Source: Octopus sinensis
Taxonomy: Eukaryota
Assembly: GCF_006345805.1 (NCBI RefSeq)
Contig: NW_021832560.1
Location: forward strand, 1 to 60,662
DNA: 60,662 nucleotides
Direction: 5' to 3'
Positions 50,901 to 60,662 of the stretch are shown piece after piece (position 1 is the first letter of the stretch; every line of letters begins with the position of its first letter). The position numbers and the translations under genes are program-made. Under the pieces are notes generated by a model that was not told the DNA's origin, did not search any database, and saw only the letters and a program-made list of their open reading frames with translations.

Positions 50901-52563
50901 AGAAATCAATATTCATAACGAGTAAAAGACCAATAAAAGCTAAATCAGCATCTGTGGGATTTGAAGTTAAAAGAACGAAATCTAAAATTGACAAGACGGA
51001 AACAAAAATATCGTTATTTGAATTATGTGTAACATGTAGTTACAAGTTTTTAGCGAAACGGTAATATCATAATCGTATTCACGTACAGCTAGCTATTTTC
51101 ACTGGCTATTCATTTTATTTACTCCAAAGAATATAGCTCTTCGCCACTGCGACTAGATTAAATGGTAAGAGATTTAAGAAAGAGAGAATGAGAGAGGGGG
51201 GAAAAAGAAAGAGAGGTTACTTTTCTCTATTATTCTCTGATTTATCAATATGCTTTCAACTATTTTGTTCCTTGAAAGTACAATAGAAATAGCAACAGCA
51301 ATACCAATAAAAAAATGTACAAAAGCAAGAGTAAATAGCAATAGTAAAACAGACGAGAATATGTAATGACTATTCAGGTCTCTACGCCATTTTCCGTGTC
51401 AACCATTAAGATCGTCTGTCGTATCTCCATTTAGGAGCGCCATTTTGTTTAGATATGCGATCTTCTGACGTCGAATTCTATTTTGTTCAATCATGATCGT
51501 AAAATGAAACTTCTTCTAGTTTAATTCATGACATGCTATTCCACGCATCCGACGGAGAGAATAACAAGATAAGGACGAAATGGAATGAGCAAACATTGGC
51601 GCTGGAATAGAATCACTACTTTGTTCTTTGCTGTATCGTTGATTTTTTTTTTTATTATTATCTCGAAATATAGTACCATTATATTTTCTGCATATATATT
51701 TTTTTGGCTTCGTTCTTTTCATTCAATAAATAATATCATTGCTAAAGTAAAATGCATTGTTTGTATTAATATTTCCTTCATACCGAAAACAAAAAGAAAA
51801 ATTCGGCGGCATAGCAAAATCGTTAAAAAGGTCTGGGATATTTAGTTACATCCTTTTACGTTCTGATTAAATATTGTACCGTAGTCTATTTTTGTCTTTC
51901 ATTCACTCACGATCGATTATAAAATATGTATGAATCGGTGGAATCAATCTACTACTTTCCTCTCACCCTCACTAAATTTCACTTCAGTTTAATCGAATAC
52001 AGTACATGTTGACGTCTAAACCATTTCCATTCTACTCTCCTATTTTAATATCCATAATAATAAGAATTTCTGACTTAATCACAAGATCACACATTGTTAT
52101 AGAAGGGCATACTCGCTGAAATAGGCTCCAATACTGAACCGGCATTTATTTAACCGACCCGTGAAGAACGAATAGTGAAGTCGACTCGTGTAGGATTTGA
52201 AAATCGGACCAAAAGGGAAACGAATATTTACTAGACGACACCTGCCTCTTTATTCTACCAGTTCTGCAATCCACCGCCCTTTCTATCGACTAAATTACAC
52301 GCTATACTTTTCTTACTGTATATATGAATTCTTCCAGTTATGAGAAAAAAAGGAGGAAAAAATTACTCTTATTTGCCAATGATTAATTCGGGTTTCATGC
52401 TATTAACCAGAGGAGGGAAAAACCACCTCCTGGATAGAAGGCCAGTCTATCATTTGTAACACATTACTTTCCCTTGATAGATTGAGCAAGTTGCAGCCGT
52501 GTAGAATTGTAAGTGCTAAACAAATATGCAACCTTGTATATGCAGAGAATTTGAACACAGTAC

Positions 52564-52594
<31 letters not shown>

Positions 52595-52776
52595 TGTATG
52601 TATGTATGTATGTATGTATGTATGTATATATGTATGTATGTATATATGTATGTGTGTGTGTGTATGTATGTATATATGTATGCATGCATGTATGTATGTA
52701 TGTATGTATGTATATATGTATGTATACGAGAGTATTACCAACCATACGGCAGCTAGATTTCGAAGTACACTCTTAC

Positions 52777-53015
52777 TACCTATTTCTTTACTACCCACAA
52801 GGGGATAAACACAGAGCGGACAAACAAGGACAGACAAACGGATTAAGTTGATTACATCGACCCCAGTGCGTAACTGGTACTTATTTAATCGACCCCGAAA
52901 GGATGAAAGGCAAAGTCAACCTCGGCGGAATTTGAACTCAGAACGTAACGGCAGACGAAATACGGCTACGCATTTCGCTCGGCGTGCTAACGATTCTGCC
53001 AGCTCGGCGCCTTAC
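52777..53015 (-). mobile_element. Young SINE family 2 monomer with a 15-bp flanking direct repeat (TSD)
   Basis: tacactcttactacc at 52766-52780 and 53016-53030. Confidence 0.9.
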
Positions 53016-53519
53016 TACACTCTTACTACCATAGACATCTCGCTGCATAGACAACACGCTCCATAAACATATTGCAAATGTATTTGCATCCAGTTACTTT
53101 CAGCTGATTATCTGTCTACGCAACTTTATTCAAGGTTCATCCACTGACGTGGCCTGCAGCGAACTAAGTGTATGTAGATTTAGAGAGCATTATATTTAGG
53201 TAATGCATTTAGATGTATGTCTAGATGTGTGTGTGTGAGGGTGTGTGTGTATGTATGTGTGTGTGTGTGTGTGAGTGTGAGTGTGTGTGTGTGTTCGCGC
53301 ATGTTTGATATGTATGTCAACGCTTTTACGTACATATTCTGACGTATACGGCCATCTGCTTTGTTTGTACATTATCAACACCTATCTTTTATGACTTTTT
53401 CCCTTCTCCCTTTATCATCTCATTCATTTGTCATCTCATTTTCTTATTACTCCTCAGTACTATACTGATTGTTCGTTCTGAAGCATATGCATATTGAATT
53501 ATTAGTCCGGCAATGCCGA

Positions 53520-53710
53520 AGCAAGTATGGGAAGAATTCAGAAAAAAAACAAAAGACGGAGACAGGTGGTGTAGACAACAAACAGATGTATTAGTTTAAC
53601 GCTCGGGAAGGGGAAAAGTCTTTAACGTTTCAAGCCTACGCTCTTCCACAGAAAGGAACACAGAAAGAAACAAGGAGAGAAAATAAAGAATGTGTAGTGG
53701 CTAGCGAGTG
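53520..53710 (-). mobile_element. Penelope-like pLTR fragment (family related to A)
   Basis: Same layout as family A: pyrimidine tract, HHR-like motif, pyrimidine loop, gagcgtt. Confidence 0.55.
53620..53655 (-). ncRNA. Hammerhead-like motif with degenerate core (CTGTGGA)
   Basis: cttt-CTGTGGA-a-gagc(gtag)gctt-GAAA-cgt-t-aaag. Confidence 0.5.
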
Positions 53711-53762
53711 CCGGACAGAAGGGTCACACAGAAGAGCTAGGGAGATAAAAATGTATATAGAC

Positions 53763-54163
53763 ACAGGAGTGGCTGTGTGGTAAGTAGCTTGCTTACCAAC
53801 CACATGGTTCCGGGTTCAGTCCCATTGCGTGGCACCTTGGGCAAGTGTCTGACTATAGCACCGGTCGACCAAAGCCTTGTGAGTGGATTTGGGATAGATG
53901 GAAACTGAAAGAAGCCCGTCGTATATATGTATTAGTATATATGTTAGTTTGTGGTCTGTGTTTGTTTCCCCCCCCCCCCCAATCGCTTGACAACCGATGC
54001 TGGGTTGTGTTTATGTTCCTGTAACTTAGCGTTTCTGCAAAAGCGAACGATAGAATAAGTACTAGGCTTACAAAGAATAAGTCCTGGGGTCGATTTGCTC
54101 GAATAAAAGGTGGTGCTCCAGCATGGCCACAGCCAAATGACTGAAACTAGTAAAAGAGTAAAT
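53763..54163 (+). mobile_element. SINE family 1
   Basis: Full-length match. Confidence 0.9.
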
Positions 54164-54253
54164 GATATTTTTTTTTTTCTAGTTTCAGCTCAGAGCCATG
54201 GTGATGCACCGCCGTATATATGCCGTATATTATATACTATATATATTATATAA

Positions 54254-54287
<34 letters not shown>

Positions 54288-54350
54288 GATATATAATATA
54301 TATAAATGTAATATATATGATGTATGTATGTATGTATGTTACCTTTGAAG

Positions 54351-54560
54351 GAGAGGTGGCTTTTATTTCTGACAGGCCAAGCTTCTACGGAGAGGCTATT
54401 TCGATGGTTGGACATGTCTCTCAAGTGGTTGGAAAGCGAGGAAGACCATGATTGCGTTTAATTCAGTGTTTAGAGTTAAACGTATCCGGAACGGAAGTTA
54501 GTGTGTGGGTCGTGGATGGAAGCGAAATGGAAGTAAATGCAGAGTCAAACAGTGACGTTT
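54351..54560 (+). mobile_element. Decayed RTE LINE C-terminal remnant
   Basis: With 1-nt shifts reads RW(F)GHVS..VGKRGRP..DCV..LELNVSG, like the RTE C-terminus. Confidence 0.45.
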
Positions 54561-54649
54561 TCATTATAATTAGAAGAATCCTGATCGTTTCAATTAGATC
54601 TCGCTTGTCAACCTTAACTAATTTACTAAGTCAACTGCTACTGCAAATG

Positions 54650-55417
54650 AACCGGAGAGAGAGAAAGTGAGTGAGAGAGAGAGAGAGAGAGAAAAAGTGA
54701 GAGTGAGAGGAGGAGAGAGAGAGATGCGGAGAGAGAAAGAAAGAGATGTTAAGGGAAGAACGAAAGATAATATGTGTGTGTACGTGTGTATGTGCAGATG
54801 TGTTTGTACAAACGTGTATGTACAGAAGTAGAGAGAGAATAAGAGAGAGAAAGAGGGGGAGAAAAAATAGAGAAACAGAGAGACAGAGAAAGTGATGAAG
54901 AGAGAGAGAGAGACGAGGAAGAGACATTAAGGGAAGATCGAAAGATGATATGTGTGTATGTGTGTATGTGGTGTAGATGCGTTTGTACAAATGTGTATGT
55001 ACAGAAGTATAGAGAGAGAGAATAAGAGAGAGAAAGAGTGGGAGACAGAGACAGAGAGGCAAAGAGAGTGATGATGAGGAAGAGAGAGAGAAGAGAGAGG
55101 AGAGAGAGAGAGAGATGAGGAAGAAATGTTAAGGGAAGATCGAAAGATAATGTGTGTGTATGTGTGTATGTGTAGAAGAGTTTGGACAAACGTGTGTGTG
55201 TGTACAGAAGTATATAGGGAGGGAATTAGAAAGTGAGAGACGAGTGGGAAAAGAGAAGGTTTAAGGGATTAAAGAACGATTGCTGGGTGTGGGTTGGGTG
55301 TATGAATGAATGAATGAAAGTTTGAAAGAAAAACAGAAAGTGAAAGTGAATGAGAAGGTCAAGGAGTAGCGAGACATTGTGTGTGGGTGTGTAGGCATGT
55401 GTGTGCAAGCATGAGTA

Positions 55418-55463
<46 letters not shown>

Positions 55464-55640
55464 AGGGAGAGAGAAAGAGGGAGAGAGAAGGAGAGAGAGA
55501 GAGAGAGAAAGGGAGAGAAAGGGAGAGAGAGAAAGAGGGAGAGAGAAGGAGAGAGAGAAAGAGGGAGAGAGAAGGTAAGAGAGAGAGACAGAGACAGAGG
55601 GAAAAAGAAAGAGAGAGAGGAGAACGAAATAATAAACAGA
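54650..55640. repeat. (GA)n-rich tract containing three degenerate ~180-200-bp units
   Basis: ttaagggaaga.cgaaagat..tgtgtg...gtacagaagta at ~54744, 54923 and 55124. Confidence 0.8.
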
Positions 55641-56120
55641 GAGGAAATGAGATAAAATTTAACAATAATAAAAGTAAAACATAATAAAATAAATTAAATT
55701 GAAGAATAAACGGATAATTAATTAATTACTGAGAATAAAAAAAAAAATTCTTTGGCTTTTTTTTTAACCTTCTGTTTTTACTTTAAGCTTCTTCCAATAT
55801 TTGTTTTTGGATTTCTGGTTGCTTTGCTTGTTGTTATTGTTTTTGTTGTTGTTGTTGTTGTTGTTGCTGCCGATGTCACTCCTGGTGTTGTTGTTATAGA
55901 AAGTGATGAACGTTGTGATGGCTGCAATTTTTTTTATGCCTTGTCTTATATTGTTATGCTCCCACTGACGCCCGTCCTCTTTTTTTGTCGTTCTCGTCAT
56001 CTTACTCTCTCCCACTCTTCCTCTCACCTACTCTCCTTTCCCAGTGTATATGTGCATGTGTGTATATATATATATATATATCCATACATACACATACACA
56101 CACACACAAACCACACACAC

Positions 56121-56540
56121 AGGCGTAGGAGTGGCTGTGAGGTAAGTAGCTTGCTTACCAACCACATGCTTCCGGGTTCAGTCCCACTGTGTGGCACCTT
56201 GGGCAAGTGTCTTCTACTATAGCCTCAGGCCGACCAAAGCCTTGTGAGTGGATTTGCTAGACGGAAACTGAAAGAAACCCGTCGTATATATGTATATATA
56301 TGTATATGTATGTGTGTGTATGTGTTTCTGTGCCTGTGTTTGTCCCCACCCCAACATCGATTGACAACCGATGCTGGTGTGTTTACGTCCCCGTAACTTA
56401 GCGGTTCGGCAAAAAGAGACCGATAGAATAAGTACTAGGCTTACAACGAATAAGTCCTGGGGGGTCGATTTGCTCGACTAAAGGCGGTGCTCCAGCATGA
56501 CCACAGTCAAATGACTGAAACAAGTAAAAGAATAAAAGAA
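56121..56540 (+). mobile_element. SINE family 1
   Basis: Full-length match. Confidence 0.9.
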
Positions 56541-56689
56541 AAACAAAACACAAACAAAATACAAAATACACACGCGCTCACATTAGAAAATCGAAAAACA
56601 AAAATAACAAAAGGCCAGAAGTCAAAAGGATAAACACATGGAATATATTAGACTGACGTTTCAGTGAAAGGCAGAAAACAAATAAGAGT

Positions 56690-56724
56690 GCATAACGTTT
56701 CAAGCATGGACCTTCGTCAGACAG
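56690..56724 (-). ncRNA. Minimal hammerhead motif, intact core, weak stems
   Basis: ctgt-CTGACGA-aggt(ccat)gctt-GAAA-cgt-t-atgc, within a pLTR-like segment ~56590-56745. Confidence 0.6.
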
Positions 56725-56743
56725 AAGGGAGAGAGGAAAGACC

Positions 56744-56915
56744 ATGCTGCAGGCGTGGGTGTGTGCTGAGAATCTCGGTTCCCAACTACGTGGTCTTGGG
56801 TTCAGTCCCACTGGGTGGTACCTTGGGCAATAGTCTTCTATGATAATTCTGAACGTTACCAAAGCCTTGTCAGTGAATTTGGTAGATTAAAACTGAAAGA
56901 AGTTCGCCATATATA
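56744..56915 (+). mobile_element. Divergent SINE family 1 5' portion
   Basis: gggttcagtcccactg.gtggtaccttgggcaa...aaactgaaagaag. Confidence 0.7.
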
Positions 56916-57263
56916 TAAATATATATATATACATCATTGTATTTCGGGATGGTCATTTTTGGGGGTGGGGGTGCCAAATAAACACACGCACGATATATTT
57001 ATTTTTCACACATTTATTAATGTTCTTATTCTAACTCATGTCCATGGTCCGCAAATCTTTCGTCACACCTTTGTGACCTCTTCAGCGACACTTTACACAC
57101 TCGTGTCTATTCTTGCTCCAATTAGTCCATTCATATATAGGTGTGTGTGTGTCTGCATGTTCAGCGCCACACGTCTTAGATATCTTGTAGCGCCATCCGT
57201 AACATGTACTGAATGTTACCAACACTACAACCCCTCCTCCTCCTCTTACTACTACTACTACTA

Positions 57264-57314
<51 letters not shown>

Positions 57315-57960
57315 AGTAGAGCATGCTCATCGAGGCTGCAGCTGTTCTATATTGGCGAGGTAATTGCAATTGGTATTCAGCTGGTCTGTGTTTTTGGAGC
57401 GTCGCAGTTTTAGGAAAGGAAAGCTGCTTGGCCTACGTTTTTGTCGTTGTCCATGTTGCTGCTGCTGTTGCTGATGATGATAACGATAGTGATGCCGTAG
57501 TTGTTGTTGTTGTTGTAGCTATTGTCATTTAGCTTTAAACCAATTCTGGTTGAGCAGACTTATGATTAAGGCCATTGAAATCATAATGATCATTCTTAAT
57601 TTTTTTTTCTTTAGACATAATAATTCTAGAAGAGCGGTTTTTAATCAGAGTGGTAACACACCCTTGGAGGCGTTGTAAGCACACACCGGAGTTGAAAATG
57701 TCAAAGAGGTGTTGTGGTGGGCCCTGGGTGTTTTTTCATAAAAATAGAATATTTTAATGAAATACAACACTCTTATTTTAAACACATTTCCAGAACAAAG
57801 CAAAAAAGTTAAAAATGAAAAAAAAATACATATATTTGTCGGGATTAAAATCTGAAATGAAACGACGTTGTGTTATTAGTGAGCAAAAAGCGTGTCTGAT
57901 GATGTAGCAAGATCGCATAGGATTTCATTAGAAGTCTTCTTCAATAGCTATCGTGTTTTG

Positions 57961-58173
57961 CGAGGTGCTGAAAAATCCTTGACTTTAAGGGTATCACGAA
58001 AAACTCGGTTGGAAACTCGACCTTCCAAGTTCTTTTACAGGGCTTAGAAAAACTGAAGTATCACTGCAATAAATGTGTGAATCTGAGAAGGAAATATGTT
58101 GAATAAAATTATTATCGACTGATCCTGTATTTTCTTTTACCCAAAGCTATGATCTTTTTAGCACCGCCTCGTA
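57961..58173 (+). mobile_element. Mariner-derived MITE
   Basis: Ends cgaggtgctgaaaaatcc.. and ..tttttagcaccgcctcgTA; internal GLEKLKYHCNKCVNLRREYVE* resembles the mariner C-terminus. Confidence 0.7.
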
Positions 58174-58799
58174 TAAAAATACACTAACTCTTGCGATTAT
58201 CTAAAAGGCGTAACATACTGGATTGGATAGTATAAAAACTACGTATAAAAACTACACAACATAGATGATAAATCACTGCAATATATACTTCTGGTAAAGC
58301 GATATAATATTTGAGTGTCCTCTCCAGGGCGCAGGCCTTGGTAGAGTTAGTACAGGAGACGAGCAGTTATCCAAAGGAATAACAAGGCCTAGCACAGCGT
58401 AGCACCAGTGTTAGCACAGAAATCAAGGAAACAATATTGAAAACAACGTTGGACTGCTTTAGGGACTTAAGTAGATTATTTTTCCCAAATTTGCTCCTGA
58501 AACCTTCACTATAGGGATTGCTGCGAGGCAGCAGAGATTTGTAAACAGCGTTCCACCCCTCTGTATTTTCAGATTATTGAGTTCCTTCTGCTCGAAACAT
58601 TGGTTTTAAAGCACCAGTAACCGCCTTCGCTCCTTCTCCCGTCAATACAAGCGGTTCAAACGAACTTTAGAGGCTTAAATCGCACGAGAGGGTCAGGTGT
58701 TGGATTTGGTGACTGTTGGAGATGCTAGAGATGAAAACACTTTATTTAGAAGCAAGGGCTCTATTTATCTATTTCATTTATTACTATTGTTATTACTTA

Positions 58800-58920
58800 A
58801 AAGGCAGCGCGCAAAATGCTTAACGACATTTCATTCTGATATCAACTTCGTCGTTCATCTTTTTAGGGGTTGTTGAAATAAGTACCAGTTGAGCACTGGG
58901 GTCAATGTAATCGACTAGCC
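58800..58920 (+). mobile_element. Degenerate SINE family 2
   Basis: aagtaccagttgagcactggggtcaatgtaatcgact. Confidence 0.7.
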
Positions 58921-59439
58921 CACCACACACACACACACACACACACACGCCACCACCACCACCACCACCACTACTACTTCCTCGCAAAATTCCAAGCTTT
59001 TTGTCTACAATATAAAGAATTAGTTATTATTATTAAGGTTGCGAATAATATGTAGGGGATGTTTTTTCGGTAAAAAAAAGGGACTCCAAGCTAAAATATA
59101 AAATGCTGGGAAACCAATGTTCTAGATACACAGTGAGAGAGATTTAGTTGCTATTTCTAGTAAAACTATTGACCACATAGTAGCGGTATGTGAGGAGGAT
59201 GACTCGCATTATGACGCAACAGGTGTAAAAGCAAAAGGTGTGTTAAGGGTGATGCTGGCTTTTAAATTCAACGATGTTTGGTGCTTGACCCAGACTACCC
59301 TGAAGTAAAATACCATCTCTTCATCAGAACTAGAGATCCGTTGTGTGATAACACAGATTCCTGCAACGCTTTTTCGAACATTATCGATTTTTACAGCTGA
59401 AACAATGACAACCACCATAACGAGATAGCAGTATTGACA

Positions 59440-59984
59440 TTGGTGTCGGTGGTGGTGGTGGTGGTGGTGGTGGTAGTGGTGGTGGTTGGGGGGGTAGGTG
59501 TCAGTCGTGATTGCACTGCTGATAGTGATCATGGTAGTGTCAATGGTGGTGGTGGTAAATGGTAATCATAATAAAAGCAGGTGGGTAATTACATACGCAG
59601 TTGTTGTTGTTTATGATGATGATGATAGTGACGTTGTTAATTATGCCTAAGTTGATGACAATGATGTAATATCGCAAATGAAGTGCAGATTTCTTTGGCA
59701 CAGATGACGAGAATAATGATGATGATGATGATGATGATGATGACGAGGACGAGGAGGAAGAGGAAAAGGAGGATGCTGACGATGATGATGATAACGCTGA
59801 CGATGATGTTGATGATAACGATGATGATGACGACAACGGTCGCGATAACGATGCGGATAATGATGACGATAGCGATAATATAGAGGACAACGATGATAGG
59901 CACGGTGGTGATGATGATGATGATGATGATGATGATGTGGTGGTGGTGGTGGTGGTGGTGGTAGTGATGATGAAGATGATGATA

Positions 59985-60018
<34 letters not shown>

Positions 60019-60310
60019 GTATGATGATAATGAAGATGATGATGATGATGATGTTGATGATGACGGTGATGATGATGACGATGATGATGATGATGATGCT
60101 GACGACGATGATGATGATGATGGTAGTAATGATGCTGTTGAGGATGATTACGAAGCATGCAATATTTTTTTAAGGGTAAGATCTAATTTCTTTACTTACG
60201 TTTATTGCGGTCGGCATTTACAACTACCACCACTACCACCACCACCACCACCACCACCACCACTACCACTATCACTACTACTACCACTACTACTATTACT
60301 ACTAATACTT
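59440..60310. repeat. Compound (GGT)n/(GAT)n/(CAC)n/(TAC)n repeats
   Basis: Direct inspection. Confidence 0.95.
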
Positions 60311-60662
60311 ATACTAGCACTACCATGAGCTAGCATGTTTAGATCATTTTTTTGTTGTTGCTTCTTTTATATATTGCGGTTTTCATTATTTTGTATTCCT
60401 ACTCTCATTTTCATTTGTTTTTATATTACTCGTATACACACACACATGTATATGTATATATATGTATGTGTGTGTATATATCGACTTATAACTGCCTCCA
60501 AGAATCCACTCGGGAACACACTGACTCGTAAGTGTGGGTGGGTGCGAGTGTGTGTTTAGATGCATCTTTAATTGCATATCTCTATGACGTTATGTATCTA
60601 CATGCTTTTACAATTTTCTTCATATAATTTACACACACACACATAGACACACATACACATAT

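Noticed and set aside
54351-54670. Apparent PLAT-PLAT junction (KWLESEEDHD...EVSVWVVDG...SDVFIII) needing a frameshift
   Set aside because: The same bases read more convincingly as a decayed RTE C-terminus (RWFGHV...GKRGRP...DCV).

Overview
AT-rich eukaryotic (animal) genomic DNA that is mostly repeats: long (TA)n/(CA)n/(TACA)n and trinucleotide microsatellites, four or more families of tRNA-derived SINEs, decayed LINE and DNA-transposon fragments, and several inverted-repeat elements. The repeat repertoire looks like octopod cephalopod DNA (inference, not database-checked). Nearly all ORFs in the supplied track are microsatellite read-throughs, and I found no intact multi-exon gene, only a few candidate + strand exons supported by splice sites. 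The most notable signal is a set of hammerhead ribozyme (HHR) motifs: 6 full-length, 1 half and 1 decayed, from at least three sequence families. Four are minimal type I HHRs with covarying stem I (507, 19214, 53620, 56690), of the kind known from Penelope-like element pseudo-LTRs. One HHR is trapped in a perfect 76-bp inverted repeat (48565-48753). One is a full-size monomeric type I HHR in the loop of a 359-nt rod-like fold-back (48917-49275), which is retrozyme/viroid-like. Other observations: recurrent 184-bp SINE concatemers with a shared junction, a SINE-derived minisatellite, a SINE-SINE recombination duplication, a MITE carrying telomeric TTAGGG/G4, and a CpG-depletion boundary near 15-16 kb. 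All coordinates, folds and translations were worked out by eye; family names are inferences that need Dfam/Repbase/Rfam confirmation.
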